A DNA stretch of 32,000 nt. Source: Xylella taiwanensis (GTDB lineage Bacteria > Pseudomonadota > Gammaproteobacteria > Xanthomonadales > Xanthomonadaceae). A program made the translations under genes and the position numbers. The notes under the pieces were generated by a model. The model did no database searches. It was given only the letters and a program-made list of their open reading frames with translations, and was not told the DNA's origin. Below, piece after piece: positions 8,385 through 17,615 of this stretch. The DNA lies in NCBI RefSeq assembly GCF_013177435.1, contig NZ_CP053627.1, positions 390,001-422,000 on the forward strand, written 5' to 3'. The first letter of the stretch is position 1, and each line of letters opens with the position of its first letter.

Positions 8385-9756
8385 GGTTGACGGTGGTTCG
8401 ATCCGCCGTACGTTGTGGCTGTATCTCGGCGCATTGTCGATGATCAGCACGGTGGTCCTGTTCTTTACCGCGCGTGACTACGGTCAGCGTGCGGCTGACC
8501 GTTCTTACGATCATTTGTTGGTGTCCTCTGCACTATCGATCTTGGGCAGCGTATCCCTGGTCGATGGACGGTGGCAGGTGGATTTGCCGTACGTGGCGTT
8601 GGACTTGTTGTCGATGGCACCTGAAGACCGGGTCTTTTACCGTGTTTACGATGTACATGGGCGCGTGATCACCGGCTATGGTGACTTGCCGTTACCACCA
8701 CGTGTGCCGCTGGCCGGGGCTGTGCCGCTGCTGTTCGATGCTGACTACAGTGGCGAGCGGGTGCGCTTCGTCGCGGTGGCACGGACTTTGGCTTCGGTTT
8801 CGACGCAGGCTGAGGTGCGTGTCCAGGTTGGCCAGACCCGGCACGCACGTGATGCGTTGGCGCGTGAAATGGTAGTGAATGCGTTGCTCGTGATTGCGGT
8901 GCTGACGTTGTTGACCCTGGCCTTGGTTGCGCTTGGTGTGTATCGCGCGCTGTGGCCGTTGCGTCGGATCGAGCGTGATTTAGCGCAACGCCAACCCTCG
9001 GATCTGAAGCCGTTAACCGCTGCGCCGCCGCAAGAAATGGCACAGATGGTCGGTGCGCTTAACCACTTTATGGAGCGGCTGTCCAGCAGCAATGAAACGT
9101 TGCGCGCGTTTATGGCGGAAGCCGCGCATCAGATGCGTACACCGTTGGCGGCATTGCGTGCGCAGGCGCAGCTTGCATTGGAGGAAGGCGATGCGTTCGA
9201 GCTGCGGCGTAGTCTGACGGCGATCGAGCGTAATGCTTGCCACATGAGCCGTTTACTTAACCAGTTGCTCAGCGATGCCAGTGCGATCCATCGTACCCAG
9301 GTACAGCGCTTTGAGACGGTAGATCTGCTCGAGTTGATCCACCAGGCACTGTATGAAGTGATGTCACATGGGGAGGAGATGCTACGTGTGCAGTGGGCGC
9401 TTGATCCGCAGCCAGCATGGGTACGTGGTGATCCACTGTTGCTGCGTGAGGCTCTAAAGAATTTGGTCGACAATGCTTGTAAATACGGCGGCGGCGGGTT
9501 GCAGTTGGCATTGACCAGTGACGCAGATGCGTGTGTGTTGACATTAGCTGATCAAGGTCCTGGGATTCCCCCCGCTGAGGCTGAGCGTGTGTTCGAGCGT
9601 TTTGTGCGTGGTGAGCATGCACCCCCAGGTGGCGCGGGTCTGGGATTGGCGATCGTCAAACGGGTTGTTGATAACCATCGTGGCCGTATCGATTTGTCCA
9701 ATCGCATCGGTGGTGGTCTGATTGTCACACTGCGTTTTCCCAGGGTGCACCCATGA
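8374..9756 (+). CDS. Membrane sensor histidine kinase with periplasmic domain (TctE-like, 2CSK_N-type N-terminus)
   Basis: 460 aa; overlaps the response-regulator gene by 11 nt. Two hydrophobic segments (LWLYLGALSMISTVVLFF and VVNALLVIAVLTLLTLALVALGVY) flank a periplasmic region of about 130 aa. H-box AEAAHQMRTPLAAL, N-box LKNLVDNACKYG, G-boxes DQGPGIP and GGAGLGLAIV. Confidence 0.9.
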   Translation: MRREVDGGSIRRTLWLYLGALSMISTVVLFFTARDYGQRAADRSYDHLLVSSALSILGSVSLVDGRWQVDLPYVALDLLSMAPEDRVFYRVYDVHGRVITGYGDLPLPPRVPLAGAVPLLFDADYSGERVRFVAVARTLASVSTQAEVRVQVGQTRHARDALAREMVVNALLVIAVLTLLTLALVALGVYRALWPLRRIERDLAQRQPSDLKPLTAAPPQEMAQMVGALNHFMERLSSSNETLRAFMAEAAHQMRTPLAALRAQAQLALEEGDAFELRRSLTAIERNACHMSRLLNQLLSDASAIHRTQVQRFETVDLLELIHQALYEVMSHGEEMLRVQWALDPQPAWVRGDPLLLREALKNLVDNACKYGGGGLQLALTSDADACVLTLADQGPGIPPAEAERVFERFVRGEHAPPGGAGLGLAIVKRVVDNHRGRIDLSNRIGGGLIVTLRFPRVHP

Positions 9757-10796
9757 TGGTTCGTGTTGCCCTCTTACTGCTGTTGTCGACCTGCCATGTG
9801 CTTGTGTGGGCGCATCCTGGTGAGATGCGGCGTTTTGCAACGAAAGGGCCTGTTACTGCGCAACTGCACATTCAAGCTTCGAATGACGTGGAGGTGTTTG
9901 CCGCGGTGATGACGGATTACCAGCGCTTGCATCCGGGGACCGAAGTGATCTACGAGGAGGTGATTGCCTCGGAGATATACGATCGTTATCTGCATCTGGC
10001 GCCAGGCCAGCCACCACCGGATCTGTTGATCAGTGCGAGCATGGATTTGCAGATCAAGTTGGCGAATGATGGCCACGCACTGGCGTATCGTTCACCGTTG
10101 ACCAGGACACTTCCGGACTGGGCGCAGTGGCGTCACGAGGTGTTCGGGATCGGTTACGAACCAGTGGTGATTGTCTACAACACTCGACGGCTGCCATTGG
10201 TGCAGGTGCCACACACGCGCCATCAGTTGCTTGCGTTGCTGCGTACACCTGACGCGCCGTTGCGTGGTCGGATTGGCACCTACGATGTGGAACGCAGTGC
10301 GGTTGGTTACCTGTTTAGCACTCAGGATACGCAGCTTGGCAGCATTGCTGGCGCATTGTTGGAAGCGATGGGTGATGAGCGGGTGCAGTTGGAAGCACGC
10401 ACGGGGACACTGTTGGATCGTGTCGCCAGCGGCGAGCTGCTGCTGGCCTATAACGTACTTGGTTCGTATGCGCAGGCGCGCATGGATGCTGGTGCGCCTG
10501 TGGGTATCGTGCAGCCTGAGGACTACACCCTCATGGCATTGCGTACCGCGCTGATCCCGCGTGGCGCGGTGCATGTGTCCGAGGCGCAGCGTTTCCTGGA
10601 TTACGTGTTGTCAGTGCGTGGCCAACGGATACTTTTGCGTGAGGCACGGCTGCTGCCGGTTTTACCAGCGAGTGATCGCATCGTGTCACTGTTCCGCCCA
10701 ATTGCACTTGGACCAGGATTGCTTGTTTACCTAGATGCGCTCAAGCGTCGTCACTTCCTTGATACGTGGCGCAGTAGCATGTTTCAGCCCCGCTGA
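9753..10796 (+). CDS. Periplasmic solute-binding protein (Fe3+/anion-type ABC SBP fold), no cognate permease or ATPase nearby
   Basis: 347 aa. Its start overlaps the kinase stop (ATGA at 9753-9756). Signal peptide MMVRVALLLLLSTCHVLVWA. Overall resemblance to ABC-type iron/anion-binding periplasmic proteins, judged by eye only. Confidence 0.72.
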   Translation: MMVRVALLLLLSTCHVLVWAHPGEMRRFATKGPVTAQLHIQASNDVEVFAAVMTDYQRLHPGTEVIYEEVIASEIYDRYLHLAPGQPPPDLLISASMDLQIKLANDGHALAYRSPLTRTLPDWAQWRHEVFGIGYEPVVIVYNTRRLPLVQVPHTRHQLLALLRTPDAPLRGRIGTYDVERSAVGYLFSTQDTQLGSIAGALLEAMGDERVQLEARTGTLLDRVASGELLLAYNVLGSYAQARMDAGAPVGIVQPEDYTLMALRTALIPRGAVHVSEAQRFLDYVLSVRGQRILLREARLLPVLPASDRIVSLFRPIALGPGLLVYLDALKRRHFLDTWRSSMFQPR

Positions 10797-11503
10797 GTGG
10801 TGGGTGCATGAATGTACGCCGTGCGGTGTGCATTGCACTTTAATCAGGTGTCTGCCGATCATGGCATCGATCGTGGGGCGCAGACGTAAGCAGGATGAGT
10901 GGTTCCGGTGACTGGGAGCACGCTCTTGATGATCATCGCGTTCGATCTGTCCCTCGACATTGGAGCAGGAGGATCCTTGGATGCGTGCATCGGGCGCTCA
11001 CTTGCAGAGCGTGTTGTGAGTGTGCTTCCGGATGTTAGCCAGCGATAGTGTCCAGACGGCCCGTAGTGTAGTTGCTGACGGTGCTGAGATGGCTGAGTTT
11101 AGGGTGCTGGTGTTGTGGCGATGACCCACTCAAACGTATCTTGCTTGGGTTCGAATGTGTCCGTTGGGGATCTAGGCTCAATGGATTGGTGCGGTTGGAT
11201 CGATGTGGTGTTTGCTTTCAATGCCAAGTGCTTTGTTGGCGGGCTTTCCTGGTGGTGTCCGGCAGTGATGGTCATTGCTCATGCATGTGTGTCACTGGTG
11301 TGTTGCAGCCATGTCAGCATGTGTACATCACTGCGGTAAGGTATCCTGTGGTGTGGTAGGTGTGTGTCAATAGATAGTTGTTGACATGATGACGGTCGAA
11401 TAATTAAGAGGGCATCGATGAGGTGTCTCTTCTCTAAACTGGAGGAGGATACTGTTGTTGGATTGGGCTGCCTTGCGAGTGATCATCGTGCCAGACTGCG
11501 CAT

Positions 11504-12136
11504 ATGAGTGAGCTGTTGATCCTGGTGGCTGATGACCATCCACTGTTTCGCAATGCGGTGATTCATGTGCTGCGTCAAAATCTGCATGGTGCCAAGGTGC
11601 TGGAGGCTTCCAGTACCACTACGCTTAGTGCAGCGTTGCAGGCACACCCGCAGATCGAGTTGGTGTTGTTGGATTTAGCGATGCCAGGCGCCCGCGGTTT
11701 CTCGGCGTTGCTGCACGTGCGTGGCGAGCACCCGGATATTCCGGTGGTGGTCATTTCCTCTAATGACCACCCACGGGTGATCCGTCGTGCGCAGCAATTC
11801 GGTGCTGCCGGTTTTATTCCCAAGTCGTCACCGCCAGAGACGATTGGTGAAGTGGTGGCGACTGTGCTGGATGGTGGTACTTGGTTCCCGCCGATGTTGG
11901 TGGCGTGTTCGGAAGCCGATGCCCAGTTGGCAGTCAAACTGGCACGGTTGACTCCACAGCAATTCCGGGTGTTGTTGTGCTTGGCTGATGGCCTCTTAAA
12001 CAAACAGATTGCCTATGAACTGGGTTTGGCGGAAAACACAGTCAAGGTGCATGTGACGGCCATCTTGAAGAAGTTGGAGTGCTATAGCCGTACCCAAGCG
12101 GCGGTGTTGGTCAAATCGCTTGAACCTGAAGCCTAG
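11504..12136 (+). CDS. LuxR/FixJ/NarL-family response regulator
   Basis: 210 aa. Receiver domain (LILVADDHPLFR, ELVLLDLAMPG, FIPKS) plus a C-terminal LuxR-type helix-turn-helix (LTPQQFRVLLCLADGLLNKQIAYELGLAENTVKVHVTAILKKL). Confidence 0.92.
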   Translation: MSELLILVADDHPLFRNAVIHVLRQNLHGAKVLEASSTTTLSAALQAHPQIELVLLDLAMPGARGFSALLHVRGEHPDIPVVVISSNDHPRVIRRAQQFGAAGFIPKSSPPETIGEVVATVLDGGTWFPPMLVACSEADAQLAVKLARLTPQQFRVLLCLADGLLNKQIAYELGLAENTVKVHVTAILKKLECYSRTQAAVLVKSLEPEA

Positions 12137-12178
12137 GTGCTGCTTCTAAACGCGGTTAAAGGCTGCTCTGTGCGGTGT

Positions 12179-13816
12179 TCAGTCTTGGCGCAGCAGCATT
12201 TGTGTCATCAGTGCACGTAAGGCTGGTGGCCGTACTGGTTTTCCTAGGAAGCCCCAGCCGCGATTTAGTGCTCGATCGCGCAGGGTTGGATCTTGTTCCG
12301 AGGTGACTAAGATGACCCGTGGCATCTTTCTCCAGCGTGTGATCAGGTGAGGTATCAGAGGGGTCTCGGCGTGTGCGTCGATGTGTATGTCTATCAGTAC
12401 CAGTTCTGGTGGTGGTGCCGTTGTGGCGGCGGCGAATGCTTCGTCCAGACTCCCGGTGAAGCCAACCGCACAGTGCCAGCGTTTCAGTAGGGCGTGGATG
12501 GCGTTGCATACACTCGGATCGTTGTCAATGCACCAGACCGTACAGCCATGCAACATCGGGTCATCGTCCAGCTCGCGCGTTGGCATTGGTGTCCGCATGA
12601 GTATTGGATGCGTTGCTGCGATCTCCCCCAGTGGTACGCTGACTGAAAACGTACTGCCGTGTCCAAGTGTGGAGCGTAGTCCGATACGGTGGTTGAGCAG
12701 GTGTCCGATGCGCTCGACGATGGCCAATCCAAGGCCGGCACCACGGTCGTTGACCACGCCGTCGTCGAGTCGTCGAAATTCCTCGAAGATCTCGCTTTGC
12801 AAACTTTCAGGAATACCCGGGCCTTGATCATGCACTTCGATGCGCAGCCATTCGCCATGTCGCCGGCAACCGATCAGGACGCGTCCACGCGGGGTGTAGC
12901 GGATGGCGTTAGAGAGGAAATTCTGCAGAATCCGCCGGAGCAAAGTTGTGTCGCTGCAGACGATGGCGCAGGTGGGGACCCATGTAAGGATGAGTCCGCG
13001 ACTTTGCGCAAGGATGCCAAACTCACCTGCCAGCGTTTCCAGCAGTGGCCCCAGTGCAAAGTGATTCACTTGGGTTTTGAGGGTGCCTGATTCGAGTCGT
13101 GAGATGTCCAGCAGGCTGCTGAGGATGGCATCCTGTGCGGTCAGCGCGCTATCGATGTTGTCGGCGATTCGGAGTGCCTCTGTTTCGTGCAATTGCTTGC
13201 GTAACATCGCTACAAACATGCGCGCGGCATTGAGTGGTTGTAGTAGGTCGTGTACTGCTGATGCGACGAAACGGGTCTTATAGCGATTGGCGTTTTCAGC
13301 TTCGCGCCGTGCCTGATCCAGGTCGCGGGTTCGCTCGGTCACGCGGTGTTCGAGTGTATCGGCCAGCAAACGTAGCTCGCGTGTGGCGTTTTTGTAGCTG
13401 GTGATGTCGGTGTAGCTGGTGACGAAGCCACCTTCTGGCAGCGAGTTGCCACGAATTTCCAGTACCGTACCGTCTTCCTTCTCGCTTTCACGCATGTGTG
13501 GCTTGCCGCTGCGCAGGTGGTTGAGGCGGCGTTGGATGGCATCTTCAATGGGGCCGTGACCAAGCAGGCCACGGTGTGCGTTGTAACGAAATAAATCTTC
13601 GATCGGTTGGCCGACTTGCATCAGTTCCGGGGGGAAGCGGAATAGTTCGACGTAGCGCGTATTCCAAGCAACGAGGCGCAGTTCGGCGTCGATAATCACC
13701 ACGCCTTGCGGTAAGTGCTCCAGACTGCAATTGAGGCTGGTATTGCGGTGCTGTGTGGTGGGTACGATGTCGCTCGGTGCGGTGGGCAGTATTTCGGTAT
13801 GTGGTTTGAGTTGCAT
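12179..13816 (-). CDS. Soluble hybrid sensor histidine kinase (PAS - HisKA - HATPase - receiver)
   Basis: The track ORF starts at a TTG at 13822; the ATG at 13816 (MQLKPHTEIL) is preferred. No hydrophobic segment. PAS-like region (LPQGVVIIDAELRLVAWNTRYVELF ... GGFVTSYTDIT), H-box ASAVHDLLQPLNAA, N-box LQNFLSNAIRYT, G-boxes DQGPGIP and GAGLGLAIV. C-terminal receiver (VWCIDNDP, LVLIDIHID, LGKPV). Confidence 0.9.
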   Translation of the reverse strand: MQLKPHTEILPTAPSDIVPTTQHRNTSLNCSLEHLPQGVVIIDAELRLVAWNTRYVELFRFPPELMQVGQPIEDLFRYNAHRGLLGHGPIEDAIQRRLNHLRSGKPHMRESEKEDGTVLEIRGNSLPEGGFVTSYTDITSYKNATRELRLLADTLEHRVTERTRDLDQARREAENANRYKTRFVASAVHDLLQPLNAARMFVAMLRKQLHETEALRIADNIDSALTAQDAILSSLLDISRLESGTLKTQVNHFALGPLLETLAGEFGILAQSRGLILTWVPTCAIVCSDTTLLRRILQNFLSNAIRYTPRGRVLIGCRRHGEWLRIEVHDQGPGIPESLQSEIFEEFRRLDDGVVNDRGAGLGLAIVERIGHLLNHRIGLRSTLGHGSTFSVSVPLGEIAATHPILMRTPMPTRELDDDPMLHGCTVWCIDNDPSVCNAIHALLKRWHCAVGFTGSLDEAFAAATTAPPPELVLIDIHIDAHAETPLIPHLITRWRKMPRVILVTSEQDPTLRDRALNRGWGFLGKPVRPPALRALMTQMLLRQD

Positions 13817-14576
13817 GTTCAATTTGCATTGGTTGCTCTAGCACAGTGTGGCTAAGTGGTGTTGCTGCTGAGTGAACCTCGACAGTCTCAGTGCCAACTA
13901 GATGTTACCGGTAGTGAATGCGGCAATATGCCTCGTGCGGCGCTTGTATGGATGTGTTGTGCAGCAGATGCTGGTTTCAGTCGTTGTTGGGTATGGGCAA
14001 GGGGTTGCCATAACGTTGGGTGTGGCAGTACCGGGTCCTCCGCCGAGGCGCAGGTTATCGTTGCCGATCTTGTTGATATTGTGCTGATGCAGTGGCAGCT
14101 GTGCTTGGTTCAGGGACTACTGGGTCAAGGTGATGTCGCGCGCGTACTGGAGTTGAGTACACCGTAGTCGCAGATGTAAAACCACGGCACTAGGCTGGTC
14201 GTAGCCGAGGCAGTGCGCTCCCCATCACTTGACACGGCGCATCATGGATGCCTCGCGACAGCAAGTCGTTTGCTTTGACAGTAAGAGCGATACTGTGGGA
14301 ATGCCCGTTACCTGTGCTCAGCGCTTGCTGTATGTGGGGATGCAAGCTGTGATTGATTCCAGCGTTGTTGTACTGCTCGTGCCACTTGCTTGTGGTCAGA
14401 AGCCATGCTGCGGTGGTCGATGCGCGTCATGGTCGAGGTATGGATGATGTTGTGAGGATGTTCCAGTGTCGGGTCGATTGTCTGTATCTGGAATGGTTTC
14501 GATGGTTCTACTCAACTTCTGTGTCCCATTCCGGATCCAATGAGATGAGTTCTTCTAGGGAGCGGTGGTGATGAAT

Positions 14577-14605
14577 GGCTGCTGCAGTGATTGCACGTAC
14601 AGCAG
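14577..14605 (-). terminator. Imperfect hairpin downstream of porin copy 2
   Basis: GCTGCTG (14577-14583) pairs with CAGCAGC (14599-14605), with an inner GTG/CAC pairing. It lies about 40 nt past the porin stop on the minus strand. No U-tract follows. Confidence 0.3.
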
Positions 14606-14644
14606 CATTGATGGCCTTATGTTGGCGTCTTCACTTGATATGGT

Positions 14645-15814
14645 TTAAAAATAAACTTGGGCGCGTAGCTCGAAGATATCCGGTTTGGTACGTGTGCCGA
14701 GGCGACTGACGTTGGCTTTGACGTAGTTTGCCTGGAACTTAAAGTGGTTGGTGAGGTACCAGTTGGTGCCGATGGTCCAATCATGCTGACGTCCGCCAAG
14801 GATGGTGCCGTCATCCAAGTTGAGGCGACTATAGCGGGCCAGTAATTCGACTGCGCCGTAGTTATGCACGGGAATGACGTTGCCAATAGTACCGGCTGTG
14901 TACGGCCGCGACTCGCCAGTCACTATCCAACTGCCGTAGATGTACTGGCCGTTGGCGTTGTAAGTGGGTAGGCCGTTGTTACGTGCGATCTTGATGTGTA
15001 GTGCCTCGCTCTGTACCAAGCATGGACCTTTGATCCATAGTTGTTCCAGGCCATTGCGCTGGATCTGGTCGACATCAACCAGTGTGCCTGAGTCGACGAG
15101 GCGTATGTCGGTCAGTCCGCTCTCGGGACGGGCGCGCACCCGGGTACGTGGGCTGAACGGTACGTTTAAGCCGTTGTGGTAGCCGCGTGGGTTTTCCTGC
15201 GAGTAGGACAGACCCAAGTGCAATACGTTGTCAGTCGTCTTGATCGGAGTCCATATCGCACGTATCCCTTGCGTGGTCCCCGGGTTGTCACCTTGCAGAT
15301 CTTTTCCGCCATAGGCACCGGCTTGCAGTAAATACTGGGGACGCTCCAGCACCCATTCCACCCCGGTACGGCGACCCTCATAGATAGCCTGCACCGGCAG
15401 CGCACTTTCCATGAAACTTCCGGAGCGCGAGCTGATGAGTGCGTCCAGACCAACCGGAGTCTTTATATAGCCGAGGCGGACACGTCCATAATCCTGGTCG
15501 AACAGCGCTTTAGTTTCGAAGCGGAAGAATACGTCCAGCCACAGCTTAGATTGGAAGTCAAAGGAGACGAGTGCGTCATATGCGTTCTTTTTCTTAAGTA
15601 CTACGCCCAATTCTTTACGGCGCATAAAACTTTTGTCCTCAAGGCGATTATCGCCAGAGAAATTGTTGTAGTCGTAAGCAAAGTTTCCGGTTAATGCGGC
15701 TTCTGTTTTGTTGCCAAAGGTATATTGCACTGGCCAGTGGTTCATGTCGGCGGCGATGACAGCCGAGGCGGTGCTTGTCATGCATAGGGTAAAAAGGAGC
15801 TTGATGGGGCGCAT
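14645..15814 (-). CDS. Phosphate-selective porin O/P family outer-membrane porin (copy 2)
   Basis: Track ORF 14645..15874 trimmed to the ATG at 15814 (MRPIKLLFTLCMTSTASAVIAA signal peptide). 389 aa with beta-strand periodicity, Porin_O_P-like blocks (GYIKTPVGLD, WTIGTNWYLTNHFKFQANY) and a C-terminal AQVYF. Confidence 0.8.
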   Translation of the reverse strand: MRPIKLLFTLCMTSTASAVIAADMNHWPVQYTFGNKTEAALTGNFAYDYNNFSGDNRLEDKSFMRRKELGVVLKKKNAYDALVSFDFQSKLWLDVFFRFETKALFDQDYGRVRLGYIKTPVGLDALISSRSGSFMESALPVQAIYEGRRTGVEWVLERPQYLLQAGAYGGKDLQGDNPGTTQGIRAIWTPIKTTDNVLHLGLSYSQENPRGYHNGLNVPFSPRTRVRARPESGLTDIRLVDSGTLVDVDQIQRNGLEQLWIKGPCLVQSEALHIKIARNNGLPTYNANGQYIYGSWIVTGESRPYTAGTIGNVIPVHNYGAVELLARYSRLNLDDGTILGGRQHDWTIGTNWYLTNHFKFQANYVKANVSRLGTRTKPDIFELRAQVYF

Positions 15815-16110
15815 GGGAGTTCTATGTAACGTAAGAAATGTGGGAAGGGGGGCTAGGGCCGGGGCATTCCACATGAGTGAAGGACATTGCTGGAATGGGC
15901 GGTTGCAAACGCCGCCGTGGGTTCAAGTGGCTTAGCGAAATTTGAGAAATGGTAAAAGAATTCACAAAGACTTAATCTTAAGCTCCAAGTGGCAATCTGT
16001 ACGGAGGTTAGTACCAATAGGTTATCTGTATGATTCCGCCATCGTTCGAGAATTGCATCATTTGAAGCCCGCACTGTGCGGTTCCGTTTTGTCTACCGGA
16101 GTTTGTTTCC

Positions 16111-17451
16111 ATGCATCTCAGCACTCGGTCCAATGCGCCTGCCCCGCGTATGCCTTTTTATTCCCAGCTATATTTTTGGGTGGTCATCGCAATCATCCTT
16201 GGGGCGTTGCTAGGCCATTTTCATCCTGCTTTGGGCGAGCAACTCAAGCCGTTGGGCGATGCCTTCATCAAGCTGGTGAAGATGATTATCGCGCCAGTCA
16301 TTTTCTTGACGATCGTTACCGGTATCGCTGGCGTGACCCATCTAGGGACGGTCGCTCGGGTGTTCGGTAAGGCGATGGTCTATTTCCTGTTCTTTTCTAC
16401 ACTGGCATTGCTGGTGGGCTTAGTCGTTGCTCACTTGGTGCAACCGGGTGCGGGCATGAACATTAATCCAGCCGACCTGCACCAGAGTGAGATCAAGGCT
16501 TATGTGGAGAAGTCACACGAGTTGACCTTGGTTGGTTTTTTGATGGACATCATCCCTAAGACCCTGCTCAGCCCGTTTGTTGGCGATAACATTCTGCAGG
16601 TGTTGTTTGTGGCGGTGTTGTTTGGCACTGCGTTGGCGCTTACTGGGGAGCGTAGTAAGCCGGTGCTGAATTTACTGGAGGCGCTGATTGTACCCGTGTT
16701 CAAGCTTGTACAGATGTTGATGAAGACGGCTCCGATCGGTGCATTCGGCGCGATTGCTTTCACTATTGGCAAGTATGGTGTTGATTCGCTGGTCAACTTG
16801 GCTTGGTTGGTCGGCTCGTTCTACCTCACTTCGCTGTTGTTTGTGGTGGTGATTTTGGGGGTGGTGAGTTGGTGGTGCGGTTTTTCGATATTCAAACTGA
16901 TCCGTTACCTGAAGGCCGAATTGTTGCTGGTGCTGGGAACGTCATCTTCGGAGTCAGCGTTACCGTCGTTGATGGAAAAGATGGAGCATGCGGGTTGTAG
17001 GAAGTCGGTGGTTGGACTGGTGATACCGACGGGTTACTCGTTTAATCTTGATGGCACCAATATTTATATGACCTTGGCCGCGCTGTTTATCGCTCAGGCG
17101 ACCAACACTGAGCTGACACTGGGACACCAGGTCGCCCTGTTTTTGGTAGCGATGCTGAGTTCCAAGGGGGCCGCGGGGGTGTCCGGTGCCGGCTTTATCA
17201 CTCTGGCGGCGACTTTGACTGTAGTGCCGGAAGTGCCGATTGCAGGCATGGCGTTGATTCTGGGCGTGGATCGTTTCATGAGCGAGTGTCGCTCACTGAC
17301 CAACTTTATTGGCAATGCAGTGGCTACGCTGGTTGTTTCGCGCTGGGAAAATGCGTTGAACCATGAGCAACTCAAAATTGCACTGGAGGGTGGCGAACCG
17401 CCACTTCAGTCACTACATGCCGAGGGTGCTGAGCCAGCGGTGTCGCGTTGA
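16111..17451 (+). CDS. dctA: C4-dicarboxylate transport protein DctA (DAACS family)
   Basis: 446 aa, with a GGAG Shine-Dalgarno sequence 9 nt upstream of the ATG. Strongly DctA-like ([88 protein letters not shown]). An alternative ATG exists at 16150. Confidence 0.93.
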   Translation: MHLSTRSNAPAPRMPFYSQLYFWVVIAIILGALLGHFHPALGEQLKPLGDAFIKLVKMIIAPVIFLTIVTGIAGVTHLGTVARVFGKAMVYFLFFSTLALLVGLVVAHLVQPGAGMNINPADLHQSEIKAYVEKSHELTLVGFLMDIIPKTLLSPFVGDNILQVLFVAVLFGTALALTGERSKPVLNLLEALIVPVFKLVQMLMKTAPIGAFGAIAFTIGKYGVDSLVNLAWLVGSFYLTSLLFVVVILGVVSWWCGFSIFKLIRYLKAELLLVLGTSSSESALPSLMEKMEHAGCRKSVVGLVIPTGYSFNLDGTNIYMTLAALFIAQATNTELTLGHQVALFLVAMLSSKGAAGVSGAGFITLAATLTVVPEVPIAGMALILGVDRFMSECRSLTNFIGNAVATLVVSRWENALNHEQLKIALEGGEPPLQSLHAEGAEPAVSR

Positions 17452-17615
17452 GTGTGTCTAGCGTTGCAGTCTGTGTTGCTTCAACAGTGGTGGTATGGGC
17501 TTGGTGTTTTTTGGTGCTGTACGCAGCATCGGTTGCGACGGTTGTGCGACAGGTCTCGTCATTGGCGTGCAGGTAGAATCCGTTCTTCCTGCGCCTATTC
17601 AGGTATCCAGATACG

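Noticed and set aside
8669-9092. Antisense or out-of-frame ORFs inside real genes (for example 8669-9043, 8745-9092, 10092-10574, 7701-8195, 19071-19616, 20622-21053, 21492-21947, 29942-30322, 4343-4759)
   Set aside because: These are shadow frames of well-supported genes. They are Arg/Pro/His/Ser-rich with no motifs, as expected in moderately GC-rich coding DNA.
11147-11156. GGGTTCGAAT, identical to a tRNA T-loop core, in the gene-free gap (possible tRNA or att-site remnant)
   Set aside because: The flanking bases cannot form the T-stem (TTGGG versus GTGTC). No acceptor or anticodon arm or CCA context can be built. It is an isolated 10-mer match.
11072-11359. Track ORFs 11072-11359 (95 aa) and 11115-11339 (74 aa) as possible genes in the 0.7 kb gap
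   Set aside because: Both are extremely Cys/Trp/Gly/Val-rich, overlap each other in different frames, lack a Shine-Dalgarno sequence and have no recognisable motif. This is what translating G+T-rich non-coding DNA produces.
13856-14571. Track ORFs 13856-14167, 13902-14087, 14229-14447 and 14353-14571 as genes
   Set aside because: They show the same G+T-skew artefact (Cys/Val/Gly/Trp-rich), overlap one another, lack a ribosome-binding site, and run opposite to both flanking genes.
13823-14644. Idea that this gap is the decayed N-terminal transporter or membrane domain of the soluble hybrid kinase (as in transporter-fused CrbS/CbrA-type kinases)
   Set aside because: The minus-strand translation is Pro/Thr/His/Gln/Asn-rich in all frames with frequent stops, not hydrophobic as a decayed polytopic domain should be. 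An in-frame TAG lies 5 codons upstream of the kinase TTG/ATG start. Only a blastx search could revive the idea.
15891-15907. sigma54-like TGGAAT-N-TTGCA upstream of dctA, which is sigma54-dependent in several bacteria
   Set aside because: The GG-to-GC spacing is one base too long relative to TGGCAC-N5-TTGC and the -24 element is imperfect. No NtrC-type activator is encoded nearby; the adjacent regulator is LuxR-type.
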